DNA of 64,000 bases from Eledone cirrhosa (taxonomy: Eukaryota). The notes under the pieces were generated by a model that saw only the letters and a program-made list of their open reading frames with translations, did not search any database and was not told where the DNA came from. The DNA is taken from positions 55,490,001 through 55,554,000 of the forward strand of contig OZ024748.1 of assembly GCA_964016885.1 (NCBI GenBank), given 5' to 3'. Position numbers and translations under genes: made by a program. Each line of letters opens with the position of its first letter. Position 1 is the first letter of the stretch. Shown one piece after another: positions 13,499 through 27,469 of the stretch.

Positions 13499-13885
13499 TC
13501 GTGTGGGTGGTGGAAACAAACATACATACGGAGACATAGTGTTATAGATAGAGCAATTCTCAACGTGCATTGAGGAATGATTTGGTTAAATATTTGCCGT
13601 GTGTGATGGGAAGAGATACTTTTCGAAAGATATCTAGATATCTAGATATAGATGTAAACATATACAAAGAGAGATAAGAGGACAGAAGTATACAAGATTT
13701 AACTTCCATTATCTTTACGGAGATATAACTATATGTATAGATGTATAAGTCTGTAGATCTGATGCACCTAAATCAGGATAGCAGTGTTTAAGATAAAAAC
13801 AAAGGCCCGACCGTTATTTCTCTTCTCATTAGAATTACCCTAATCTCTGATAGATTTATGGTATGTGTTTATACTATCAGCGTTT

Positions 13886-13998
<113 letters not shown>

Positions 13999-13999
13999 T

Positions 14000-14079
<80 letters not shown>

Positions 14080-14080
<1 letters not shown>

Positions 14081-14457
14081 CTCAGAAACTCACTCAGATG
14101 GTGGATGGGTGCTGCACGAGAATGTTGAGGATGGCTCTGAACATTAATCAGTATACACTGAGGATGAAAAACTCAGAGCTGTATGGGAGCCTCCCAAAAG
14201 TCAGTTCAAAAGTGACACAGAGGAGACTGAGGTTAGCTGGAAATGCTCACCGACATCCAGAGTTGACATTGCACTCAGTGCTCCTTTGGGAGCCCCTACA
14301 TAGACACACTAGAAGAGGAAGACCAAGGTTAACGTATGTTGATGCCCTAAGGACAGACACTGGTCTGTTGGAGACGCAGGACATGGCAGCGATAATGAGG
14401 GACAGATACCGCTAGAGAGAACTCGTCCATGGATCTCAGGAATTTTACCCGCCTTAG
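14080..14457 (+). mobile_element. 5'-truncated RTE/RTE-X LINE 3' end
   Basis: Encodes [20 protein letters not shown]...[14 protein letters not shown]...[11 protein letters not shown]. Same family as 11654 and 23564, with a premature stop at 14415. Confidence 0.9.
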
Positions 14458-14700
14458 AGAGATATATAAGTAGAAGGGCTATTTAATGTGTTGGAAGTCC
14501 GACAAATGTGTCACTCTTCTTTCTTGATTTATTATTACTCCAAGTGTAAACTACATAGAAATCACCGTGTACTCGCAGCATCACTATGGAAACGTCTTGT
14601 TGAGTCAAACTTAACCAAGCGTTAATACTATCCACTACTCGGAGTACCCTAACTTGACTACATCTAAGTGGACTACCTATATCAATAATTTGTTATCCTG

Positions 14701-14818
<118 letters not shown>

Positions 14819-14833
14819 TCATATTATTATTAA

Positions 14834-15035
14834 ATCCCGCCGAGGTTAACTTTGCCTTTCATCCTTATGGGGTCGATAGAATAAAGCACCAGTAATGTAC
14901 TGGGATAATTGGTGGCCTTGTGCTAAAAGTACAATGAATTAAAGGTTAACTTTGCCTTTCATCCTTACGGGGTCGATGAAATAAAGCACCATTAATGCAC
15001 CAAGGTAATTGCTGGCCTTGTGCCAAAGTAGAAAC
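14834..15035 (+). mobile_element. SINE family 1, two partial copies
   Basis: aaatcccgccgaggttaactttgcctttcatcctta(c/t)ggggtcgat...ggccttgtgc. Confidence 0.85.
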
Positions 15036-15132
15036 ATTTTTGGCAGTAGTAATAGTAGTAGTAGTAGTGATACAGGTTGTGCTGGTGGTAGTATTAGTAC
15101 TTCTAACAGTTGTAGTACCAGCAGGGATTATA

Positions 15133-15705
15133 ATTGTTTCTATTTTTGTCACAAGGCCAGCAAATTACCTAGTACATTACTGGTACTTTATTATATCGAC
15201 CCCGTAAGGATGAAAGGCAAAGTTAACCTCGGAGGGATTTGAAGTCAGATCGTAAAGGGACATAACTATGCTGGAAAGCATGGCGTCTGACCCTCTACCG
15301 ATGACTCTATATTTCCTCCATTTATTTTCCCTCCTAGCACTTTCACACAGTGATAAACACTTACATGCACTTCAAGACTTATAGACTTATACAGTGTTCC
15401 CCCTATTCATCAACGGGATTTGAACTCAGACCGTAAAGGGACGTAACTATCTAAGAAAGCATGGCGCCCAACACTTTACGGATACTGCCAATCCACTGCC
15501 CTCACCAGCAGGGATTATAATTGTTTTGACTTTTGGCACAAGGCCAGCAATTATCCCAGTGTATTACTGGTACTTTTTTTTATCGACCCCGTAAGGATAA
15601 AAGGTAAAGTTAACCTCACCGGGATTTGAACTCAGACCATAAAGGGCCGTAACTCTTTGCTGCGAAACATGGCGTCCGACCCTCTACCCATACTGCCAAT
15701 CCGCC
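15133..15705 (-). mobile_element. SINE family 1 cluster (3 copies)
   Basis: Repeated cacaaggccagcaa...atcgaccccgtaaggat...gggatttgaactcag...ccgatactgccaatcc. Confidence 0.9.
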
Positions 15706-16059
15706 GATTATAATGCTATCTGTTTTGATGATAAAAGTGCATTTCTCAATACCTCTACTTGGAACATCTGATTGTTGTTTAATTGTTAAAAGTTTAAGTC
15801 GTAGCTTTTAGTGGTACCGTGTTTTGTTTTAGTTTTTATTTCCTGTATTTTACATGGCCATTGATAAATATGTGAAACATCAGTGAAAGGCTGATCCGAA
15901 AATATATAACGCAACCATAATAACGATAAAGATACCATGACCAATAATGTGGTGTTGATTTAATCTCATACAAAGTTGGGCATCATGCAACAAATCTATG
16001 ATCAGAAACAATAGCATACCATTCTCCCAGTCATAAATAATTCATTGGTAACTTAAAAT

Positions 16060-16162
16060 ATACAAGGTTCGGCCGAGAAATTCATAGGCTAAACATATCG
16101 CAAGCTGACAAGGATCCTCTCAGGGAATGAGCAAATGAGGTTTAATTTTCAACATAGTCCCT
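16060..16162. mobile_element. Possible mariner-like terminal remnant
   Basis: tacaaggttcggccgagaaattcatag resembles tacgagtgtcgggtaaaaagttcatag at 21342, and both resemble mariner TIR style. No partner TIR was seen. Confidence 0.3.
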
Positions 16163-16182
16163 GGAAAGAAACACTACTACTG

Positions 16183-16241
<59 letters not shown>

Positions 16242-16248
16242 GCTATTA

Positions 16249-16279
<31 letters not shown>

Positions 16280-16283
16280 AGTA

Positions 16284-16463
16284 ATAATTGTTTCTACATT
16301 TGGCACAAGGCCAGCAATTAAACTAGTGTATTACTGGTACTTTATTTTATCAACCCCGTAAGGATGAAAGCCAAAGCTAACCTCGGCAGGATTTGAACTG
16401 AGACCATAAAGGGACGTAACTCCATGCTGCAAAACCTCTACCGATACTGCCAATCCTCCGCCC
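16284..16463 (-). mobile_element. SINE family 1 with TSD ctgcagtaataat
   Basis: Consensus match, with a direct repeat on both flanks. Confidence 0.9.
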
Positions 16464-16640
16464 TACTGCAGTAATAATAACTTCTGTATTGGCCACAAGG
16501 GCCTACATAAAGGGGACAATACAATAGATGGAGACAGTGGGAGGTTTTACAGAAAGTGCTACTGCCGCAATAGAAATACTTCTTTTATGCTGCGATTCAC
16601 ATTTACCAAATTTCTTCTATACTTTATATTGTATTCTTAC

Positions 16641-17076
16641 TGGTTGTTGTTGTTATAGTTGTTGTTGTTCTTGTTGCTGTTATAGTTGTTGTTGTTGTTG
16701 TTGTTGCTGTTATAGTTGTTGTTGTTGTTGTTGTTATAGTTGTTGTTGTTGTGGTTGTTATAGCTGTTGTTGTTGTTGTTGTTGTTGTTGTTATAGTTGT
16801 TGTCCTTGTTGTTGTTGTTATAGTTGTTGTTGTTGTTGTTGTTGCTGTTGTTATAGTTGTTGTTGTTGTTGCTGTTATAGTTGTTGTTCTTGTTGTTGCT
16901 GTTATAGTTGTTGCTCTTGTTGTTGTTGTTGTTATAGCTGTTGTTCTTGTTGTGGTTATAGTTGTTGTTCTTGTAGTTGTTGTTATAGTTGTTGTTCTTG
17001 TTGTTATTATAGTTGTTGTTCTTGTAGTTGTTGTTATAGTTGTTGTTCTTGTAGTTGTTGTTATAGTTGTTGTTAG
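16641..17076. repeat. (TTG)n/TTATAG compound trinucleotide repeat
   Basis: Directly visible. It explains the Cys-rich and Val-rich ORFs. Confidence 0.95.
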
Positions 17077-17221
17077 TTAGGAAGTCTTTTGTTTTCTTTC
17101 ACCCTTTGCTTAATAGTCCAATACAAGTACAAACTCCTTCCATTTATTTATCTTTCCTATTTCCTTTGTGTTTCCCTCAACACCGACACCACAGTTACAC
17201 GGATGCTGAAAGACACATAAA

Positions 17222-18080
17222 CATACACACATATAGGGAAACACACCTACACAAAACCACACACACACACGCACACATATAGGGAAACACACCTACACAA
17301 AACCACACACACACATATATAGGGAAACACACCTACACAAAACCGCACACACACGCGCACATCATGATACGCAGATATTCATACATAGTCACAGATATAA
17401 ACACACACATGTATAAGGAAACATACACACACAGACACACACACTCACATACGCAAACGTCATGATACCTACAAATTCATACATAATCACATACATAAAC
17501 ATACACACACGTATAAGGAAACACAACTACACAAATCCACACACACGCAAACACACACACATATATATATATATATACACAGACAGACACACAAAACATG
17601 GTACACTGATATACATACACATACATACTCACACACCATGCTACCCACATATTCATACATATTCACACACACACATACTTACACATAGAGACACACACGC
17701 CAAAGTACACGCATATTCATACACATATACATACACACACATATACATACAGACACACAAACCATGGTCTCCACATATTCATACATATTCACACACACTT
17801 ATACATACACATAGAGACACACAAACCGTGGTACCCACATACTCATACAGAGGTACACACACACATATACATACACATACACACACACCTTGGTCCCCAA
17901 ATATTCATACATAGTCACACACACACACATGCATACACATAGAGACACAAAACCGTTGTCCGCACATATTCATACATAGTCACACACACACATGCATACA
18001 CTTAGAGACATAGAAACCGTGGTCTCCACATATTCATACATATTCACACACACACATACATACACACAAACCATATTCAT
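17222..18080. repeat. CA-rich minisatellites
   Basis: About 3 copies of cacatatagggaaacacacctacacaaaacc, then about 7 diverged units of aaacc(a/g)tggt..ccacatattcatacata. Confidence 0.8.
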
Positions 18081-18425
18081 ACAGAGTCACACAAATACAT
18101 ACAGACCGACCAATTATACACACATATAGGAACGCAGCAACAGTGACAACTTGAAAAATGATATTCCTTAAAGGCTAAATATCATCGTTGTAATACGGAT
18201 TGGGTGGCTGGTAAAAAGATTTTACTTGGCATTCAACTCTACAGTATGTTTGTTTATCTTCTTTGGGTTTGATCCACGTGACTCTTATCCCAAAATCTAG
18301 AGCACTTGGCTCATATACGCACACACACACACACACGCACATGCACACACACACACACACACACATATACATATATATATATATGTACATATACATACAC
18401 ACACACAAACACACATATATATATG

Positions 18426-18468
<43 letters not shown>

Positions 18469-18543
18469 GTATTTATACACGTTTGTGTGCGCGTGTATAT
18501 ATATATATATATATATATGTGCATGTGTGTGTATATATATATG

Positions 18544-18620
<77 letters not shown>

Positions 18621-19004
18621 CTGTGTGTATATATATTTCCTTACTATCAACCCCTTCCTTCCCTCTTAATGTCTTGTTTGTTTTAAGTCTGTGCTTATGT
18701 CTCAAGAAACCCCTATGTCGGTATTAACCAGGTCCCGCAGAGTATGTCTCACTCTACCTATAAGAATATATATTCATACATACATACATATATATATATA
18801 TGTTTAAGTATATAGCTGCCAGTAAATACATGTCCGTGTATATGCAGATATAGAGGGTAGGGGGACAGTCAGGAAGACAAAGAGTCAAACACAGTTTTCT
18901 TTCGGTGTAAGAAAATTGGAATATATTTGTGATAATACGAATCCCGTAAAAAAAGTTAGCAGCAGCTTCGCAAAACTGTGATAATTGCATGGTAAATATA
19001 TATT

Positions 19005-19082
19005 TAGGGTGTCCCCAAAAAATGTATATATAATTCAACAGTATTCTAATTAAAGTGTGTATACATTTTTTGGGACACCCTG
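19005..19082. mobile_element. Tc1/mariner-type MITE (~80 bp)
   Basis: agggtgtccccaaaaaatgtatata...tgtatacattttttgggacaccctg, followed by TA. Confidence 0.75.
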
Positions 19083-19684
19083 TATAATGTATACTTCTTT
19101 CTACAGACTTTAGATGTCTTTAAATGTCTTCTCTTCTCATATTTTTAGTCATATCCATCATAAATTCTTTGATACAGAGTTTTTCTTTTCCCTTAATATC
19201 TTTCGTTACTCTGATTTGTATTAAGCAGGAGATCACGCGTTTAACTGAAAGAGAGATAGGTTAATGAATGAAATTGAAACTCACACGGGTAGGATGGAAG
19301 AAAGTTATGGAGGTGGGGATATAATGGCTTGAGAGTTTATCGTGGTTGCAACACACGGCAACATTGCTTCAAACAGAAAATGAGATCGTATTGTGATGTA
19401 ACGTGAAAGTTGTATATATCTAAATACATACACCCACATCCGTATACTCACACACACATACATCTCTCCCTCCCTGTCTGTCTGTCTGACTCTTTCTCTC
19501 TATATATGTATATATATGTGTGTGTGTGTATGGGTGTGTGTGCTTGTGCGTGTGGACGGAGCTGATCGCTAGAGCATTTACGAAGCGCTGATGGGATAAA
19601 GTTAATATAGAGAGTGGTGTGCTCATGCGCGGAAGTGCTATGAAATAGCTTATGAAATACACTTAAAGAGGAACACAGATGTTG

Positions 19685-19750
19685 ACATTGGCCGCTACGA
19701 GGAATCGAACCTCATATCTCCCTGATACCGACTAGGCCCTTTGAACCATA
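19685..19750 (-). mobile_element. tRNA-like head of a third SINE-like element
   Basis: Minus strand contains a B box, GAGGTTCGATTCCTC. No complete cloverleaf. Confidence 0.45.
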
Positions 19751-19828
19751 TATAAACCAACAAATATTAATTTAAAACATTAAAATAAATAGAGTTAATT
19801 TTTTCTCTTATTATATATCATATGGGTA

Positions 19829-20045
19829 CCGTGGATTGGCAGAATCGCTAGGGCATCGCGCAGCTTGCTTTGCAGAATAGAGTTATGACCCTTTACGTTC
19901 TGAGTTCAAATCCCGCCGAGGTTGGCGTTGCCTTCCATATTTCTGGGGTAGATGTAATAAAGCAGTGCAATGCACTGGAGTTGATTTAATCGACTTGCCC
20001 CTCTCCCCAAATTGCTGGCCTTGTGCCTATAGTAGAAATCATTAT
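19829..20045 (+). mobile_element. SINE family 1, near full length
   Basis: A-box-like TGGCAGAATCG, B box GAGTTCAAATCC, central domain and an (ATT) tail. Confidence 0.9.
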
Positions 20046-20403
20046 ATACCGTATCAAATATGAAGAGTCTTTTGCCGCCTCTAAGGGTAAATTTTAGCAG
20101 TTTTGTAACTTATAATCTATTGAGATGTACTATTATTACAATTATTTTCTTTGATTGAATCTTTCACGTTTTGAAATACCTATTCACCTTTTATTTCTTG
20201 GTGTCAGAATTCTCGTCACATTGTCTGAGACTAGGACACGGATAAAAGGACATAACATGAAACGCATTAAATAAAATTAACAGCTTTTGTTGGTTTTTAA
20301 ATGGCCCAAGTGACTATTGGACGCTATAACTGCTTTAGTTTCATTCAACGATCTAAGATCATGTCACTTACCAGGCAAGTGCAAATCTGAAATAAGTTTT
20401 TTC

Positions 20404-20434
<31 letters not shown>

Positions 20435-20442
20435 TTATATTT

Positions 20443-20633
20443 AGGAAAAATATGACCTCGACGGCAGAGCTCAAGCCGTTTCGACAGCTATTTCTGGACT
20501 AAATAGCCGGCGAAACGGCTTGAGCTCTGCCGTCGAGGTCATACTTTTTCCTATTTCTCACTCTACTACACTAAGTATTGCGTATTCTGGTGTGTTATGG
20601 TCCATCTGGTTCCTTACCACAATTCCTTTGTTA
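20443..20633 (+). mobile_element. TA-embedded palindromic element family D
   Basis: Palindrome 20441-20554 plus a tail ending ...ccttaccacaattcctttgtta(TA)n. Confidence 0.85.
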
Positions 20634-20651
20634 TATTTTTATTTATATATA

Positions 20652-20714
<63 letters not shown>

Positions 20715-20903
20715 ATGTGTGTGTATGCATATATATATGTATGTGTGTATCTATATATATGTAGGTATATATGTATATATATATATGTATATATATATAT
20801 AAGTATATATGTATATATATATATGTATATATATTTATGTATGTATATATAAGTATGTATATATGTATGTATGTGTATATGTGTGTATGTCTATATGTAT
20901 GTA

Positions 20904-20968
<65 letters not shown>

Positions 20969-21467
20969 GTGTGTATGTGTTTAGGTGTATCTGATATCAC
21001 AGAATAACTTTGAGTTAATGATGGAAGTAATAAACCTCAATAGAGAATAAATTAATTTGGATATAAATCTGTATATACGTTGAATTATCCTTCTAAAATG
21101 TTTCCATGACATTGAAACTGATAGTACTATATATACTACGTTTCTACACCAACATGTGTAATCTGAGCAATTGTTAAAGAATTAACCCAAAATAAATATA
21201 TAAATGGGAGAAATGAAAGACGGAATAATTATCGGTTGGTAATGTTCCAGAAATATACAGGTATCAACTAACTTTAATCATGCTGCTATGATTAAATATC
21301 TTCTGCCTTCTTTATAACTGATATGACCTTTAAAATGTCATGTACGAGTGTCGGGTAAAAAGTTCATAGTTTCACTATGAATGTCTGATGCCAAAGCTGT
21401 GAAATCTTGCATGCATTAATTTCAACTCTTCTTTATTAATAATTATTGATAAGAAGAGTTGAAATTA

Positions 21468-23545
21468 ATTGTTTCTACTTTAGGCACAAGGCCAGCAATT
21501 ACCCAGTGCATTACTGGTACTTTATTTTATCGACCCCGTAAGGTAAAGTCAACCTCGGCGGGATTTGAACTCAGATCGTAAACTATGCTGGAAAGCACGG
21601 CGTCCGACCCTCTACCGATACTGCCAATCCACCGCCCTAGTCTATAAATAATAAATGAAAGACACGTTATTTGTATAATGGAGGGTGCTTTCATTAAACA
21701 ATTGAACATTTGAAAATATGAGTGTGTAATTTGGTAATTTGTTATCAAAATGCTTAAGCAATTCTATAGAGTACAATGTTGGGAACGAAGTTTTTATAAG
21801 CCTTATTTGTGATTAATTCGTGAATCTGTGATATTTAAATGTTCCGACAGTCTTAATAATATTCGTGACCATAAGCGATATCACTTCGACTCTAATCTGA
21901 CAAAATGTGTGTTTAGCCGTCATTTTAAACTTGATATTGTAGATATTTATATACAAAAGGTGTTTGATTATTTAGTAGTGAGTGAAACCTAATGCATTCT
22001 TACGTAACGACACTGATCTATAGTGCATGTTTGTATTTATATTGTATTTTTAGACAAACATCAGCGATTCTGATGCACTTTTAAAGAAATAATTGTTTCT
22101 ACTATTGGCACAAGGCAAGCAAATACCAGTACTTTACTGGTACTTTATTTTATCGACCCCGTAAGTATGAAAGGCCAAGTTAACCTCGGCGGGATTTCAA
22201 CTCAGAATGGCAAGGCCGTAACTCTATGCGTCAAAGCTTGGCGTCCGACCCTCTACCGATACTGCCAATTCACCCTCGATTCCGTCCTCATTCCAAGTTG
22301 TTAACAAGAAACAAAAATACTCCTGGGATTATTTCTAGGCAACATATATGAAGAAGTCTTCGTACACATATTGTGACTTGAATAAGACGGGACTTGGGTA
22401 AGATAGGTCTTACTGTGACTTACTTGTTTCTTGAACATGGGTGATTGTAAGTGTTTCGATAATTATTAGTTAATATTTTACTATACTAGGCGGCCATGAT
22501 TAATTCTTGATTGGATAAACCAGGAAAACACGATCCGACAATGACATCTCGACCTTGTCTATGGACATTGTTAATGTAAGTACAATATATATTATCTGTG
22601 TACGACAGTAGCGTATGATTTGAAAAAGGTTTAGCTGTTATATCCACAAGGTTCAGCTACCACGTAAAGGCCCCAAACGTGGGCGCGTCGTCTGATTCTA
22701 AATGCCGGTGGCAGGCATATTGTAGTCGAACGAGGAGAATTCAGTCCGATCATGGCAGCTGCTACTGCTCCAATCAAGCTTCATTGGCGTATACACGGCG
22801 TCAGTCTGTCTTTGTCATTAAACCTTCTCTTCTATCTGTCAGCTTGTTGGAGGTATTTAGGTTTGTTAGTACTTGTATTTTTTAATTAGCTTCATTACTG
22901 TAGAGTAACACCATTCTGTAAAGTTTTCCCTTCTTCACGTACTTATTCTGAAACTCATTCCTTTCTTTATTAAAGAATATATCATTTGTTTTCCTTCAGT
23001 CACATCATCCAATATATTATTGTTCTCAAATATTTGACTATTTGATAATCGATATATATATTTTATATGAGGCTAATAATATTTACAGAACGACGTCTAT
23101 ATTTTATATATAAATTGTTAATACATTTGGCCTTAGAAATAATTGTTTCTACTTTTTGGCACAAGGCCAGCAATTACCCAGTGCATTACTGGTACTTTAT
23201 TTTATCGTAAGGATGAAAGGCAAAGTTAACCCCGGCGGGATTTGAACTCAGAATGGCAAGGGCCGTAACTCTATGCGTCAAAGCACGGCGTCCGACCATC
23301 TACCGATACCGCCAATCCACCGGAAATAATGATTTCTAATATAGGCACAAGTCCAGTAATTTGGGAGGAGGGAAAAGTCGATTAAATCGACCTCAGTACA
23401 TTACTGGTGCTTTATTTTATCGACCCCGTAAGGATGATAGACAAAGTTAACATTGGCTGGATTTGAACTCATATCGCAAAGGGCCGTAACTCTATGCTGC
23501 AAAGCATAGCGTCCGACCATCTACCGATACTGCCAATCCACCGCC
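21468..23545 (-). mobile_element. SINE family 1 copies at 21468-21638, 22091-22275, 23139-23322 and 23330-23545 (interspersed with unique DNA)
   Basis: Consensus matches. Confidence 0.85.
22752..22860 (+). CDS. Speculative first coding exon (signal-peptide-like)
   Basis: Non-repetitive, CpG-richer island. ccgatcATGG start, upstream in-frame TAA, MAAATAPIKLHWRIHGVSLSLSLNLLFYLSACWRYL, then AG|GTTTGT (phase 1). No homology recognised. Confidence 0.2.
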
Positions 23546-23563
23546 ATTTTTGCCTTAGCAATA

Positions 23564-24314
23564 ATGGAAGAAATTGATCGAGAGAATATGTTAGAATTGG
23601 TCAACAGAATGATGGAGGCTCTGTGCTTCTACCTTCTGAATAAGGTGGAGAATAACATTAAATATATGAATGAGATTAAGACGAAGTATCTGGTAGAGAA
23701 TATTAAGAAGTCAGAGAAGATTACTAATGTGGGCGGGAAGCGGCTAGAATCGATTGAGGACTTCCTGTATCTGGGAGCAAAGATTGGGAATTAAAAAAGA
23801 TAATGTGGGCGAGAGGAAGAGCAAAGCCTGGGCGGCATACTACAGGTGGAGATCGGTGTGGAAGTCGGAGAAGATCCGTTTCTTCGTTGCTGTAATGGGG
23901 TCTGTGCTGCTGTACGGGTCTGAGACTTGGACACTGACCAAGAAACTCATTCAGATGGTGAATGGATGCTACACGAGAATGCTGAGGATGGCTCTGAACA
24001 TTAATCCGTATACACTGATGATAAAGAACTCAGAGCTGTACGGCAGCCTCCCAAAAGTCAGTTCGAGAGTAGCACAGAGGAGACTGAGGTTAGCTGGACA
24101 TGCTCAATGACATCCAGAGTTGATACTGCATTCAGTGCTCCCGTGGGAACCCCTGCATGGACACACTGGAAGGGCGAGACCAAGGTTGATATATATTGCT
24201 GCTCTAAGGACAGACATTGGTCTCTTAGAGGCGCAGGACGTGGCACTGATGATGAGGGACAGAGACCGCTGGAGAGAACTCGTCCATGAATCTCGGGAAT
24301 TTTACCCGCCCTAG
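23564..24314 (+). mobile_element. RTE/RTE-X LINE 3' fragment with frameshifts and stops
   Basis: LESIEDFLYLG (end of RT), KIRFFVAVMGSVLLYGSETWTLTKK...[13 protein letters not shown]...RRLRLAGHA. Confidence 0.92.
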
Positions 24315-24379
24315 AGATATGGTTTCGATATTTACTGCATACTTTACCATTCAGAGATGAAATTCCATCGCTTCCTTTT

Positions 24380-24487
24380 CCACCTCCTCCTGCACCTCCT
24401 GCTCCTGCTCCTCCTCCTCCTACTCCTCCTCCTCCTCCTCCTCCTCCTCCTCCTCATCATCATCATCATCATCACCATCATCATCAC

Positions 24488-24522
<35 letters not shown>

Positions 24523-24631
24523 CCATCATTATCACCACCACCAAATTCATCATCATCATCATCATCACCAACATCATGATCATAATCATAAACATCATCA
24601 TCATCACCATCATCATCACCATCATCATCAC

Positions 24632-24675
<44 letters not shown>

Positions 24676-24845
24676 CCATCATTATCACCACCACCAAATT
24701 CATCATCATCATCATCATCATCACCAACATCATGATCATAATCATAAACATCATCACCATCACCATCATCACCACCACTATCACCACCACCACCACCACC
24801 ACCACCACCACCACCACCACCACCACCACAACCACCATCATCATG
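24380..24845. repeat. (CCT)n/(CAT)n/(CAC)n compound repeat with internal duplication
   Basis: Directly visible. caccatcattatcaccaccaccaaattcatc occurs twice. Confidence 0.95.
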
Positions 24846-25004
24846 GTTATTAGTATCATATTCCTCCTCATCAGTACTTTCATAATTATTTTTATACTCG
24901 TTAACATTTCTACCAATATCATTCTTTTTTCCTGCTATTATAAAATTTATTATAATTAGTCTCATTAACCGCAAGTCAGTGAAGGACATGCTATCATGGA
25001 TATT

Positions 25005-25040
<36 letters not shown>

Positions 25041-25120
25041 TACTACTACTACTACTACTACTACTGCTACTACTACTGCTGCTGCTGCTGCTGCTACTAC
25101 TACTACTACTACTACCAATG

Positions 25121-25152
<32 letters not shown>

Positions 25153-25219
25153 ACTACTACTACTACTACTACAACTACTACTACTACTACTACCAATGCT
25201 ACTACTACTACTACCAATG

Positions 25220-25256
<37 letters not shown>

Positions 25257-25264
25257 CCATGCTG

Positions 25265-25354
<90 letters not shown>

Positions 25355-25400
25355 TTACTACTACCAATACTACCACTACCAATACTACTACTACTACTAG
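25005..25400. repeat. (TAC)n/(TGC)n repeat abutting a SINE tail
   Basis: Directly visible. A SINE family 1 copy (-) follows at 25405-25586. Confidence 0.95.
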
Positions 25401-25595
25401 TAATAATAATTGTTTCTACATATGGCACAAGGCCAGCAATTATCCCAGTGCATTACTGGTACTTTATTTTATCGACCCCGTAAGGATGAAAGGCAAAGTT
25501 AACCTCGGCGGTATTTGAAATCAGATCATAAAGGGCCATAACTCTATGGTGAAAAGCATGGTCTCTGACGCTCTATCGATACTGCAACATGTATG

Positions 25596-25631
<36 letters not shown>

Positions 25632-25632
<1 letters not shown>

Positions 25633-26150
25633 GAATGAAAAATAGAGCGAGAAACGGGACTGTCCATCATCAGTGATCTTCTGACTATCATCGATATTTC
25701 TTCGCATTAAAGACGAGATATCTCAAAATCAGTGCGAGCAATAACTAAATTGAGATATTGGGACAGATCGAATTTGGTGGAGAAAGAGGACAGTAAACAA
25801 ACAAAAGTAGTAATGCAACGTAAAGAGAGGAAATGAGAGACAAGTCAATGATACATGTGAACTTAAGTTCGACCAAATCAACGACGAGAAGACGACAGAC
25901 GCGTCCGAACCCTGCGAAATGTGAGCGAGAAAAGGATTTCACACAGATCAGAGGGGAGGAAGTGAGAGAGGGGGAGTAGCAGAGAGTGAGTGGGTGAGTG
26001 AAAGTGTGAGGAGGAGACCAGCCGAGAGAGTGTGACCAGCAGAGGGAGTGAATGAAAGCAAGAGGTACAAGGAGAGAGATGGGGGAGAGAGAAAGAGGAT
26101 AGTAGTAAGGTGATAGAAAAAGACGAACCACAGCGAGGGGAAAAATTATA
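25632..26150 (-). mobile_element. TA-abutting repeat family G (copy 1)
   Basis: 25632-25868 is colinear with 27470-27700. Both begin tgaatgaaaa(a)taga directly after (TA)n. Confidence 0.7.
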
Positions 26151-27079
26151 TATGAATGAAAAATGGTGTGCTGCGTTATATATATTTATATATATATAAA
26201 CACACACACACACCAAAAATCCTGGCGAGCTGAAATGGCTCTTCCTGTATATCTCCCTCACTATCATTCATATATCTGTCCGCCGAGGCCACAGGGCGGC
26301 CAGGGCGTGGACCCCCATTTGCTTATAACAATGATAGATGGAGAGAGCTCGAGAGACAGAGGTAGTGACAGTGAGATTTTGTTTCAATTGGGTTCGGACG
26401 AGGGGTTATATATATATAGTTATTCACCACACAACGTTAACTATTTATTTGAAAGTGTTTGTTTGAGGAGTTGTGTTTGTTGTTAGTCTGTATCGATCAG
26501 GATTGACCTGGGACTAAATAAAAGCAATATGATGAACAATAGCTCAAACATCTGCAAGCTATAAATTCTACCCTTCGCTTTGCTGCTTCTACGATTCCAT
26601 TACCTTAATCCTTAACACCGCACTGTAATAACAGCAAAAACTCATCACAGAACATTAACATCACAGACATAAAGTAAGCTGTACGTGTTTTGGCTTGCCA
26701 CCTTCTTTCATCAATGAAATGACCAGACATGTGTCTTATACTGCTTCAATAAAATAGCATTTTTAAAGGAGAGTTCAGCAAAGTTTATCTTAACGTCTGC
26801 GTCATAACCCAAGGCGCCTATATGCTGCTCATTCGACATTTCCACTGCTGTGCAGCGCGATAAAGAAAATAACGTAAATAATATCTAAACTTTCAGAATC
26901 TTGATTACTGTTCCATATATACAGGAATGTGCGTATGTGTCTATTAATGTACACACACACATATACACCATGTACATACACACATGCATGCATACACACT
27001 CACATACACACATATGTGCATATATATATATATACATGCACATATTTATGAAAGTATATATATATATTATTATGTAATA

Positions 27080-27196
<117 letters not shown>

Positions 27197-27469
27197 TTAT
27201 ATATATATATATGTATATTTATATATATATATATATATATGTATATTTATATATATATATATGTATATTTATATATATATATATGTATGTATATATATGC
27301 GTGTTTATACATACATTACACTTAAAATAATGTCACTTTTTGAATTATTGTTTCTGTAGCTTCTAATTATCCATTTATATTTGTTTCTAAGAAAACTTAA
27401 TAATTAACCATCCCGTTATATATATCTATATCTATATCTCTCTCTCTATATATATATATATATTTATAT

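Noticed and set aside
16528-17076. 182-aa Cys-rich ORF resembling metallothionein or keratin-associated protein
   Set aside because: It is a TTG/TTATAG simple repeat open in several frames, with no gene structure.
19685-19750. tRNA gene
   Set aside because: B box only, with no full cloverleaf. Treated as a SINE-like head.
24344-25518. Asp/Gly-rich, poly-Thr and poly-Ser ORFs (mucin- or biomineral-protein-like)
   Set aside because: These are trinucleotide repeats open in most frames on both strands, running into a SINE.
25680-25735. Hammerhead-like arrangement on the minus strand of family G
   Set aside because: A stem-I-like pair (ctgat/atcag) and GAAA are present, but the core and stems II and III cannot be assigned convincingly.
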